A stretch of 63,378 nucleotides of DNA, filler included. It is 8 parts of 8 records of this genome, joined end to end, with 100 filler letters (N's around TTAATTAATTAA, not from the genome) between each part and the next. Parts side by side here need not be neighbours in the genome. Positions count along the whole stretch, not along the records: positions 1 to 6,812 come from SRR31156797_32067; positions 6,913 to 16,546 come from SRR31156797_32094; 6 more parts are not named here. The stretch is one strand, 5' to 3'. The stretch's first letter is position 1, and the number at the start of each line of letters is the position of its first letter. A model generated the notes under the pieces. It was not told the origin of the DNA, made no database searches, and worked only from the letters and a program-made list of their open reading frames with translations. Shown here one piece after another: positions 1 through 8,376 of this stretch. The translations under genes and the position numbers were made by a program.

Positions 1-138
1 AAACTGCGCGTGACCATGACCTATGGTATTTCGCTTTTCTCCCGGGAGGAGGGGCTGGAAGCCTCGGTTGCCAAGGCGGACAAGGCACTGTACCGGGGCA
101 AGAAACAGGGAAAGAACTGCGCGGTGATCCAGGCCTGA
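1..138 (+). CDS. GGDEF diguanylate cyclase, C-terminal fragment (5' truncated)
   Basis: Frame 1 reads KLRVTMTYGISLF...VAKADKALYRGKKQGKNCAV-IQA*, matching the GGDEF C-terminal pattern VTxSxGxx...ADxALYxAKxxGKN. Confidence 0.85.
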   Translation, partial: KLRVTMTYGISLFSREEGLEASVAKADKALYRGKKQGKNCAVIQA

Positions 139-152
139 AATAGCGCCATGGA

Positions 153-180
153 TGTTGCCCGGAAGTGGAGCCGGGCAACA
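153..180. terminator. GC-rich hairpin between convergent genes, probable terminator
   Basis: Perfect 10-bp stem TGTTGCCCGG-8 nt-CCGGGCAACA between the GGDEF stop (138) and the convergent stop at 221. No clear U-tract. Confidence 0.5.
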
Positions 181-220
181 GGTGTCCATAGATGCTGCTT
201 TGCAAGCTCCGCTTCAAAAG

Positions 221-3046
221 TTACGGTGCCAATGGAGGAATGTGGTCAACGACGTAATGGTTTCCTTCAAAATCGAATTCCGCCCTCCAGCGCCATTCAC
301 TGGTGGGCACAATCCTTCGGTTAAATTTCAATTCAATGTCAGCAGCCATGGCAGTGGGATCACAAGCTGTCCACATCTCTACACCAGGTGCGAGGTCCCC
401 CAGGACAGAAACGCCTTTTAGTCTCTGTAGGTTGCTCGGTGTCTGGGCCAGGGTCATGACCAGGTTCTCAGCAGTGCTGGTCCCTAAGTTTTTGAACATA
501 ACACTGATGCCTAACCGTGCCTCAAACCGGTTGAGTCGCTCTCTGAAGCAGGTGTTGTACTCCTGCCCATAGACGACAGTAATAGAGATGATATTAAATT
601 GCGCTGACGAGGTACTCGTCAGGCCATAACTGTCAGTGACCCGCAAAACAGCCGAGCGTGAGACCGGGTCGGGGAATAGTTTTGTTACTATGCTGTAATC
701 ACCTGGGGTCACCGGCGTACCGTCTGCCCCCGGTTCGTTGAAAATACCGTCGCCGTCCAGGTCCCACTCGTAGCTGACAATGGCGTCGTCGAGACAGCTC
801 GGGTCTCCAGGGGTCGTACAGGAGTTCTGGTCATAGGAGGCCGAGCCTTCAAAGACAAGGTTATCACCGGGCAGACCAGCCCACGGCCCATTGGTCACCG
901 CCACAGGGGCCACGTTGCCGGTGGTCACCCTGATGGTAGCCGTATCGGTATCGGTCTGTGCCGGGGGAGGGGTACTGTTGTCCGTCACCCGCAGAGTCAC
1001 CGTATACGTCCAGTCCACACCGATATCAGGATACGACGTCGTGGCGGTCTGGCCGATGGTGCCCTCGCCGGGATCGGGTGTTGGCTTGCTATCCCACCAG
1101 AGACCATCCGAGGCATCGAAATCCCATTCCCACTTGATCAAGCTCTTGTCTGGATCCTGATGGTAGGAGCCGGTGCCGTCAAGGTTCACCTGCTGCCCCG
1201 GGTTGACGTCAGGATAGGGACCGCCCGCATCGGCTACCGGCGGCAGACCGGCAATCGCCGGGGCTAGAATGGCCAGAGCCGTAGCGCTTGCAAAGTTTTG
1301 ATCGTACCAACCACTCTCATCAGTCCAGTAGTCGCCAGGTTTCTGAGCATCCACAAGAAACTCAGTATAGAGTTTTTCCCAGTCGCGCCCGTAGAGGTCA
1401 ATTTTATTCAGGTATTTCATCCCCTTGTAGAAGGCATACATGGCGTAGTAGTTCCCAAAGTTGCCATAATCTTCTGAACCGGGCACGTCCCACTTGTCAT
1501 CCAGGAAGCCAAGCGCACTTTGCATGCGGGGCTCTGTCTCGTCATAGCCGCAGTAGTGGAGCATGGCCCCACCGGCTGCCGTCTTGGCAAAGTTGACCCA
1601 CTCATTGGGATCTCTATAACCAAAACCGTCGTTATCCGGGTTCTGACTGTACTCCAGCCAGCCGTCGAGTTCCGTAATGACCAGCGGGTTTACGTTGATA
1701 TCCCACCGGCTCCTTGCCTCCTCCAGGGCCAAAACTGGCCACTGGGCGACGGAGTTGTCAGCACCATAGTAGTTTCTCGCATAGCGCCAACCGCTGGCGC
1801 CGCATCCGGTAAGACTCTCTGTAATACTTACATTCACACTGCAGATTAACTCTCCCTGGTGAGAGACGGATACGGTATAGGTCCCTGGAGCCGCGTAGGT
1901 GTGGGCATTAAATTGCTTATCTGTCTCGGCCCAACCTGGACACTCCTCATCATCACCAGCGTAATCGTCAGGCGGGCTGCCGTCACCCCAGTTGAACGTA
2001 AAAACGCCCGGGCATGTCGTGGGATGGTCTATCCACACTTCCCACGCTTTTATCGAAAGACCATCCGTTATTATTCGAACGCCATAATCATCTTCATCTG
2101 TACACTCCCAAGCTTGCCCGCCCAGGCCTTCATTCTGGGCAAAGGCCAAAAAGTCTTTGGCATCGACGATGGTGTCCCAGAGGGTCATGCCGTTTACGAA
2201 TCGATTCTGATCGGTAGTCACCGCCGTCCGCGTCTGGGCCGTGGCCTTGTCACAGCTGTTCACCAAGGCCAGCATAGCGATCGGGTCGATATACATTTCA
2301 TCACGATAAGCGTCAGGACCAGACCATGAGAAAACCACTCCCTTGCCATCATTGTCACTATCCCCGTCATCAGCCTCAGGATCGCCGATGCAGGCCTGCA
2401 CACTCAGATCAACGTCATAGGCATTATTCAACAGATAACGGACACCAGCTTCGACGGACTTCTTGTAGATATCGTTGTCAGGCGACTGCAGGTTATGGGC
2501 ATGGTTTTCAAAGGCGATCAAGACCATGCCGGTGCTGGCTATGGGCCAGCCACTGCCAGGCCACCAACTGCCATCACTGGTTGAGTACTCCTGGAGGTAC
2601 AGGTATCGCAGGCCCCGGTCGACGGCCGAGTTTTTCCGGCGGCTGAGATTGTCGTCACCGGCTGCAATGACCTGAAGATTTATGGTGGCCGAGCTTTGAG
2701 CGCCCAGAGAGTCCTGTACCGTCAGCCGGGCCCAGTGAGTCCCGAACGTATCGTACACATGGTCCATGGAGATAAAGCGCGGGTTTGTTGTAACTGGGGC
2801 AAATGGGGTGTCGCCGCCGTTACTGAATTCCCACCTGTACTCATAAGGCAGTGTTCCCCCTTCTACGCTGCCGAAATAGGTTCGCATCTCTCCGGTAATG
2901 ACGTAGGCCTTGGCAAAGGTCGCGCCGCTCGGCTGGACCCGCACTTTTAACGGGTCAGCCGAAACGGTCTGCGTAACGGCAAAGAAAGTCACCATCAAGG
3001 CCAGATAAAGGAAGAGAAACTTTAAATTCCATCTTGATGAGAGCAT
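221..3046 (-). CDS. Secreted PKD-domain protein with prenyltransferase/squalene-oxidase-repeat (alpha/alpha barrel) region
   Basis: Signal-peptide-like N-terminus ending TVSA. PKD signatures: YEYRWEF, FNWGDGS..HTYAAPGTYTV, PPVADAGGPY..WEWDFD, APVAVTNGPW..YEWDLDGDG. Barrel-repeat-like motifs: AVDRGLRYL..DGSW, VEAGVRYLL, SGWRY..DNSVAQWPVLAL, WLEYSQNPDNDGFGY. Confidence 0.75.
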   Translation of the reverse strand: MLSSRWNLKFLFLYLALMVTFFAVTQTVSADPLKVRVQPSGATFAKAYVITGEMRTYFGSVEGGTLPYEYRWEFSNGGDTPFAPVTTNPRFISMDHVYDTFGTHWARLTVQDSLGAQSSATINLQVIAAGDDNLSRRKNSAVDRGLRYLYLQEYSTSDGSWWPGSGWPIASTGMVLIAFENHAHNLQSPDNDIYKKSVEAGVRYLLNNAYDVDLSVQACIGDPEADDGDSDNDGKGVVFSWSGPDAYRDEMYIDPIAMLALVNSCDKATAQTRTAVTTDQNRFVNGMTLWDTIVDAKDFLAFAQNEGLGGQAWECTDEDDYGVRIITDGLSIKAWEVWIDHPTTCPGVFTFNWGDGSPPDDYAGDDEECPGWAETDKQFNAHTYAAPGTYTVSVSHQGELICSVNVSITESLTGCGASGWRYARNYYGADNSVAQWPVLALEEARSRWDINVNPLVITELDGWLEYSQNPDNDGFGYRDPNEWVNFAKTAAGGAMLHYCGYDETEPRMQSALGFLDDKWDVPGSEDYGNFGNYYAMYAFYKGMKYLNKIDLYGRDWEKLYTEFLVDAQKPGDYWTDESGWYDQNFASATALAILAPAIAGLPPVADAGGPYPDVNPGQQVNLDGTGSYHQDPDKSLIKWEWDFDASDGLWWDSKPTPDPGEGTIGQTATTSYPDIGVDWTYTVTLRVTDNSTPPPAQTDTDTATIRVTTGNVAPVAVTNGPWAGLPGDNLVFEGSASYDQNSCTTPGDPSCLDDAIVSYEWDLDGDGIFNEPGADGTPVTPGDYSIVTKLFPDPVSRSAVLRVTDSYGLTSTSSAQFNIISITVVYGQEYNTCFRERLNRFEARLGISVMFKNLGTSTAENLVMTLAQTPSNLQRLKGVSVLGDLAPGVEMWTACDPTAMAADIELKFNRRIVPTSEWRWRAEFDFEGNHYVVDHIPPLAP

Positions 3047-3726
3047 ATGCTTCCTCCTTTCCTTTTATATTTGTTGGCCTTCCTTTGTTCCAACCGAATC
3101 CTTCTATCATCATTTGCTTTCCTTTTTCTCCTCCAACACCATACCCCGATTATACCAGAGCCAAGGAGAAGCATGGTCGACGGTTCCGGGATCACTTGAC
3201 CCCTAAAATTGTCGATATGGAACGGCTCCCCGAACCCTGCAACCAGATCGTCATAGATGTACAGAGTATCAAACCCACTCGCATAGCTCAGGCTCATGGT
3301 GTGGGAACTATTGTCAGAAACGGTAAGGGATGTCTCAGCCACCTCGATGCCCGAAGACAGCGCAACCGCCCAGAGCGTTGTGCTCGGCGGGAACGAGTAT
3401 TCGGAGATAATCTCGAACGAGCAACTGGCGAAGGGGGGCCCGGTGAGACTAACCCCAATGAAGGTGTCATACAGACCCGGGCTATTTCCTGTTCCGTCGT
3501 CATAACCGCTGGCCAGGTAGGGGTTGCCGGGGCTCCACCAGTCGTCCGTATAGGTATCGTTCCATGATATGGGATTTCCAGCCCAGAAACTTACCTCTTC
3601 TATGGTCGGGTCTAATGTCCCTAACGGTACTTCATCAAAGGTAATCGCATTCCCCATACCGGTCAGGACAAACATCAAAAACAGCGATACGAAAACTATC
3701 ACAATCCTTTTTATTTTCTTTTCCAT
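3022..3726 (-). CDS. PEP-CTERM sorting-domain protein
   Basis: N-terminal signal peptide; C-terminal IPEPSTMLLLGSGIIGVWCWRRKRK (PEP motif, TM helix, basic cluster), then an atypical 31-aa extension. Confidence 0.9.
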   Translation of the reverse strand: MEKKIKRIVIVFVSLFLMFVLTGMGNAITFDEVPLGTLDPTIEEVSFWAGNPISWNDTYTDDWWSPGNPYLASGYDDGTGNSPGLYDTFIGVSLTGPPFASCSFEIISEYSFPPSTTLWAVALSSGIEVAETSLTVSDNSSHTMSLSYASGFDTLYIYDDLVAGFGEPFHIDNFRGQVIPEPSTMLLLGSGIIGVWCWRRKRKANDDRRIRLEQRKANKYKRKGGSICSHQDGI

Positions 3727-4056
3727 ACATACATATCCTTCAGTTAATTTGTGTGCATACTCTTTATTAATTTTTTACGAAATCATTAGCCCTCCTTGTT
3801 CAAAATCTAATTAAACACCTCGCTGAATTCCCATAATGAATAGGCATAAAGCCTCTTTTTTTAATCAGCTTCAGTGTGTGCGAAGGGTTAACATTGGAAA
3901 GAACATTCTAACTATGATTTTACGGGGGAGGACGATAGGAAGTAATTCAGATGTGCAAGATTAATGGTTCAACTAATAATATGGAATAGCAATCTGATCG
4001 CTTTTCTTTTTTTGATAAATCAGTATTGAAATAAGATTAGGTTTTTTATTTTAATA

Positions 4057-4072
4057 TGCAAGAAAGGTGCCT
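4057..4072 (-). promoter_or_regulatory. Sigma-54 (-24/-12) promoter upstream of the PEP-CTERM gene
   Basis: Minus strand AGGCACCTTTCTTGCA with exact GG-N10-GC spacing. PEP-CTERM genes are commonly sigma-54/PrsR controlled. Confidence 0.7.
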
Positions 4073-4568
4073 TTATTTCTAAGGATTTCAGTCTGTTCGG
4101 CTGTCTTGGGTTGTAGCGTTTTTAGGCTCTTTTTTCTATAGAAGAAAAGGTGGTGTTGTGAAAAAAAATATCTATTTTTTGTGAAAACGGATTCATAGTA
4201 CAGTGTAGGGTGAAAATTCTTAAAATTTCTATTTTGAGACCGGGATGGACTGAAGCTGGCATAATTCAACATTAATGTTTATTAGGGAATCAACTCAACC
4301 CAAAAGCCAATAGTGCATAACGTTATATACATATAAAAATGATTCAGGATTTGGTTGTGTTAACTTGTATTCACAGCGTTTGCTTTGGATATTTCAGGAG
4401 GGGGCTGGACGCTTCGGTTGTCCCTATGTGGCAGGATAGTTGGGAATAGGAAATTTTCAAACAGGTTGCCAAACCATGTCATATTTGATATCGGAATCGA
4501 GTTGTTTGATAATCGGATATAATTGACAAAAACAACCGGACTTCCGGTTATGCCTGAGAGTTTACTTA

Positions 4569-4988
4569 ATGAAAGTTGTTTTAGAGTCTGATCCGGGAAT
4601 GGAGGAAATTGAATTTTTAGAACGGCAATTGCTCCAGTTTAACTGCGCCCGGATTGATAACTATTCCTATGAAAATTTTATTTTTAAGGTAATTGGTGAG
4701 TCAAATTCAATGACAGCCGGTATCCATGGGCAGATAGGCGGCGGCTGGCTTTATATCGCAAGTCTCTGGGTCAGGGAAGATCTTCGGGGGCAGGGGGTTG
4801 GAAAAAGGCTTTTGTCTTTGGCTGAGGAAAGGGGTGTTGAGAAAAAATGCGGCGGTGCGTATCTGTATACATACAGTTTTCAGAGCCCCGGGTTTTATGA
4901 GAAATCAGGCTATGAGGTTTTCGGGGCCTTGGAAGAATTCTGCGGTAGTCATTCCAAGCTTTATATGAAGAAACGTTTGCTTTTGTAA
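4569..4988 (+). CDS. GNAT family N-acetyltransferase
   Basis: Acetyl-CoA motif LWVREDLRGQGVGKRLL and TYSFQSPGFYEKSGY. Confidence 0.9.
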   Translation: MKVVLESDPGMEEIEFLERQLLQFNCARIDNYSYENFIFKVIGESNSMTAGIHGQIGGGWLYIASLWVREDLRGQGVGKRLLSLAEERGVEKKCGGAYLYTYSFQSPGFYEKSGYEVFGALEEFCGSHSKLYMKKRLLL

Positions 4989-5044
4989 ATTCCTCAACCA
5001 TGACCCCGATCTTTTCGTGATCATTTGTCAAGATTAAAGATTTG

Positions 5045-5090
5045 ACCCCATTGCCCGGCAGGGGGTGCCGGGCAATGGGGTGCTTTTTTT
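5045..5090 (+). terminator. Rho-independent terminator
   Basis: Perfect 16-bp stem ACCCCATTGCCCGGCA/TGCCGGGCAATGGGGT, 5-nt loop, followed by a T-run; lies between the convergent GNAT and pduT genes. Confidence 0.8.
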
Positions 5091-5097
5091 GGGGGGC

Positions 5098-5649
5098 TTA
5101 CAGGAGCTTCTGCTTCAGTTCCTGGCTGGGTGAGGGGATGACCACGTGGCTTGCCACGGGGCCGGATTCGCCCACGCCCTCAACGCCTGCCGAAACAGAT
5201 GCTTCCACCGAACCCACGTCGCCGGTCATGGTGACAAAGGCTTTGCCGCCCAGGCCGGAGGCGGACCGGATCTCGATGAGATCCACCATGCCTGCTTTGG
5301 CGGCGGCATCGGCGGCCAGGATACAGGAGACCGTGGTGTAGGTCTCGATGACACCCAGGGCCGTGATTTCGGGAACGATGGCGGTGCCGCCCAGGGCCGG
5401 GATGACGGCCGGATGGACGCTGGGGATGGTGAACCAGTCGATGACCATCTCCTTGCCGATGTCCCTTCCTGTTTCCACAGATGTTTTTACCGAGCCGGTG
5501 TCGCCGGCAATGATGATGAGATAGCGTCCCGGGCAGGTGGGACGGGACATCAAGAGGTCGACATTGGCGGCCTTTACCATCTCGTCGGCCACATGAATTC
5601 CGACGGCTATGCTGTTAAGCTCCACTGAGCCGATTGTTCTTAAGTTCAT
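5098..5649 (-). CDS. pduT: Tandem-domain bacterial microcompartment shell protein (BMC-T, PduT-like)
   Basis: Two BMC domains (ELNSIAVGIHVADEMVKAANV; IETYTTVSCILAADAAAKAG..GLGGKAF..GDVGSV) and the CPGRY cysteine motif typical of Fe-S-binding PduT. Confidence 0.85.
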   Translation of the reverse strand: MNLRTIGSVELNSIAVGIHVADEMVKAANVDLLMSRPTCPGRYLIIIAGDTGSVKTSVETGRDIGKEMVIDWFTIPSVHPAVIPALGGTAIVPEITALGVIETYTTVSCILAADAAAKAGMVDLIEIRSASGLGGKAFVTMTGDVGSVEASVSAGVEGVGESGPVASHVVIPSPSQELKQKLL

Positions 5650-5665
5650 TATCTATCAACCTCGA

Positions 5666-6811
5666 TTACTGATGTTTAATTGTAACAGCTTCCTTGGTAA
5701 CCTTTGTGACCACGCCGGTGATGCTGGCATGGATCCTGGCGCCCAGGGCTTTCTCCGGAATTTCGGCCACAAGGTCCCCTGCGGTCACGGTATCGCCTTC
5801 GGCAACCACCGGCTGTGCGGGTGCGCCGATGTGCTGGCCCAGCAGGAGCGTCACATGGCTCGGGACGAACTCTGTCTGGCTGAAGTGGGGATGGGTGTCG
5901 TACCGGGCGACATCCAGGCGCTGCATCAACCGTTTGGTGGGGACGTGGCGGGTGGCCTTGAAGGGATTGTTCACCGGCTCCTCGCCCGTTGACTGGGGCC
6001 GGATGCCTTCGGCCGCAAGCTCGCGTTTGATCTGGGCGTTCACTTCCCTGGGGCTGATGCCCATGGGGCAGGCGAACTTCTCGCAGATGCCGCATTCGGA
6101 GCAGAGCAGTGCTTCTTTGCGTGCTTCCACGGGAACCATGTCAGCGGCATAGGACCGCATGAGCTTGTGGGGGTGGAGATTGTGACCCAGGAGGTTTCTG
6201 GGGCACATGTCCGTGCACTGGCTGCACTGGCAGCAGACCGTGGTGCTGATCCGCCGGATCACCCTGGGATCCCGGATCTTGGCGGCAACCACGTTGTGGG
6301 TCTCGGGGAGCACGATGAGGCCGGAGGTGGTCTTGGTGACCGGACGGTCCGTGGTGTCGAGCACCCGGCCCATCATGGGGCCGCCGTCCACCACCCTGTA
6401 CTCGGGGATGAGGGAGCCGCCGGCAAAGTCCAGCACCTCTGAAACCTGGGAACCCACGGGGACCTTGACCACCATGGAATTGCGGATCTCGCCGGTGACG
6501 GTGAGATAGCGGTGGGTGACGGGTTTGTCATCCATGGCCAGGGCGATGTTGTAGAGGGATTCCACGTTGCTGACCACGGCGCCCACGTTCAGGGGGAGCC
6601 CGGCTTCCGGGACCGTGCGTCCCATCACCTCGTTGACCAGTACGTGCTCGTCTCCGGCGGGGTAGAAGTCCTGAAGCTCGAACATCTTGATCCGCGGATC
6701 GCTGTCTTTCTCAACGGCATTGGCCACCACTTCCATGGCCTTGACATGTTTTCCCTTGAGGCAGATGATGCCTTCATTGGCGCCGGTGGCGTCCAGGACC
6801 GCTTTCAGTCC
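5666..6811 (-). CDS. pduS: PduS-like (RnfC-related) flavin/Fe-S oxidoreductase, 5' truncated at contig end
   Basis: YPAGDEHVLV, GGPMMG, two ferredoxin motifs (CCQCSQCTDMCP, CSECGICEKFACP), QHIGAPAQPVV and ARIHASITG; adjacent to pduT. Frame stays open to the contig edge. Confidence 0.85.
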   Translation of the reverse strand, partial: GLKAVLDATGANEGIICLKGKHVKAMEVVANAVEKDSDPRIKMFELQDFYPAGDEHVLVNEVMGRTVPEAGLPLNVGAVVSNVESLYNIALAMDDKPVTHRYLTVTGEIRNSMVVKVPVGSQVSEVLDFAGGSLIPEYRVVDGGPMMGRVLDTTDRPVTKTTSGLIVLPETHNVVAAKIRDPRVIRRISTTVCCQCSQCTDMCPRNLLGHNLHPHKLMRSYAADMVPVEARKEALLCSECGICEKFACPMGISPREVNAQIKRELAAEGIRPQSTGEEPVNNPFKATRHVPTKRLMQRLDVARYDTHPHFSQTEFVPSHVTLLLGQHIGAPAQPVVAEGDTVTAGDLVAEIPEKALGARIHASITGVVTKVTKEAVTIKHQ

Positions 6812-6812
6812 T

Positions 6813-6912
6813 NNNNNNNNNNNNNNNNNNNNNNNNNNNNNNNNNNNNNNNNNNNNTTAATTAATTAANNNNNNNNNNNNNNNNNNNNNNNNNNNNNNNN
6901 NNNNNNNNNNNN
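6813..6912. other. Artificial contig spacer
   Basis: N-run with central TTAATTAATTAA (stops in all six frames). Confidence 0.98.
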
Positions 6913-6952
6913 CAAACACCAGGATCAACACCAAAGCGGTCATATACAGGAT

Positions 6953-6983
6953 AAAAAATGCCGACGGAGATTACCGACGGCAT
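6953..6983 (-). terminator. Probable rho-independent terminator of rocD
   Basis: Minus strand ATGCCGTCGG-TAATCT-CCGTCGGCAT-TTTTT (one mismatch in the stem), about 40 nt after the rocD stop. Confidence 0.6.
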
Positions 6984-7023
6984 CACAAAATCATTCGAAG
7001 CTGCAACAAGCGTCTTTTATGTT

Positions 7024-8247
7024 TTATCCTTCAAATTGTTTAAACGTTTTTTTAATAATCTCAATCGCTTCCATTAATTGTTCTTCAGTAATCACCAATG
7101 GAGGGGTAAACCTGATAATATGTTCGTGTGTAGGTTTGGCAATCAACCCGTTTTCTTTCAATGCCACACAAACATCCCAGGCGGTTTTGCCATTGGTAGG
7201 ATTAACTGCAACAGCATTTAATAATCCTTTTCCACGTACTATTTCGATCATTGGCGAGTCAATCGATTTAATTTCTTTACGAAAGATTTCTCCCAGTCGG
7301 TTCGAGTTCTCAACCAGCCCTTCGTCTAAAATAACATCAATGGCAGCCATGGCCACTTTTCCTGCAACCGGATTTCCACCGTAAGTACTTCCATGCTCGC
7401 CCGGTTTAATGGTTAGCATAATTTCGTTATCGGCCAATACACACGACACCGGGTAAATTCCTCCCGAAACAGCTTTTCCCAACACCAAAATATCCGGACG
7501 GACATCTTCATGATCGCAAGCCAGCATTTTTCCTGTACGTGCCAATCCGGTTTGTACCTCGTCGGCCACAAAAAGTACATTGTATTTTTTGCAAAGCTCA
7601 CTGGCTTTTTTCAAATAACCGTCTTCCGGCACATAAACACCTGCTTCAGCCTGTATCGGTTCAACAAGAAAACCTGCTACATTCGGGTCTTTTAATTCTT
7701 CTTCCAAACGCTGTAAATCGTTATAAGGGATGTTTACAAAACCAGGAGTATAAGGGCCATAATGGCTATAGGCATCCGGATCGCTCGACATTGAAATAAT
7801 GGTAATTGTACGACCATGGAAATTGCCATCGCAAACTACAATTTTAGCCTGGTTTTCAGGTATACCCTTTACTTTATACGCCCATTTACGAACCAGTTTT
7901 AGTGCTGTTTCGTCGGCTTCTGCACCGGAGTTCATCGGTAACATTTTATCATAACCAAATAAACTGGTCATATATTCTTCCCAGTCGCCAAGTACATTGT
8001 TGTAAAAGGCACGCGATGTTAATGCCAACGTTTGCGCCTGCCTGGTTAAGGCTTCAACTATTTTGGGGTGACAGTGACCCTGGTTTACAGCGGAGTATGC
8101 TGCCAGAAAATCGAAATACTTTCTACCTTCAACATCCCAAACGTAAATACCTTCACCTTTTTCCAACACTACAGGAAGCGGATGGTAATTGTGAGCGCCA
8201 AATTTATCTTCTTTGGCCATGTAATCAGCAGTAGTCAAATTTGCCAT
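7024..8247 (-). CDS. rocD: Ornithine--oxo-acid aminotransferase
   Basis: Class III PLP aminotransferase motifs [57 protein letters not shown]. Confidence 0.95.
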   Translation of the reverse strand: MANLTTADYMAKEDKFGAHNYHPLPVVLEKGEGIYVWDVEGRKYFDFLAAYSAVNQGHCHPKIVEALTRQAQTLALTSRAFYNNVLGDWEEYMTSLFGYDKMLPMNSGAEADETALKLVRKWAYKVKGIPENQAKIVVCDGNFHGRTITIISMSSDPDAYSHYGPYTPGFVNIPYNDLQRLEEELKDPNVAGFLVEPIQAEAGVYVPEDGYLKKASELCKKYNVLFVADEVQTGLARTGKMLACDHEDVRPDILVLGKAVSGGIYPVSCVLADNEIMLTIKPGEHGSTYGGNPVAGKVAMAAIDVILDEGLVENSNRLGEIFRKEIKSIDSPMIEIVRGKGLLNAVAVNPTNGKTAWDVCVALKENGLIAKPTHEHIIRFTPPLVITEEQLMEAIEIIKKTFKQFEG

Positions 8248-8376
8248 TTTCTCTCATTTTAATTTTATGCAGAAATACAATTTTTACTGAACAAAAACAA
8301 CCTGCTCTGCGTGTTAAATAGCAGTGAGAAATGTCATGGAATGGGAGAGTAAAGTTTAAAGTTTCTGGCTAGCATC

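Noticed and set aside
221-3046. Calling the large protein a squalene-hopene cyclase
   Set aside because: It has a signal peptide and PKD domains, only one barrel's worth of repeats, and no recognisable DxDD catalytic motif in the barrel.
3727-4568. c-di-GMP or other riboswitch in the long intergenic region near the GGDEF gene
   Set aside because: I could not find the conserved aptamer motifs by eye; an Rfam/Infernal scan is needed to exclude one.
6857-6868. TTAATTAATTAA recurring seven times at intervals of several kb
   Set aside because: Always centred in N-runs; an artificial six-frame-stop linker, not a biological repeat or CRISPR.
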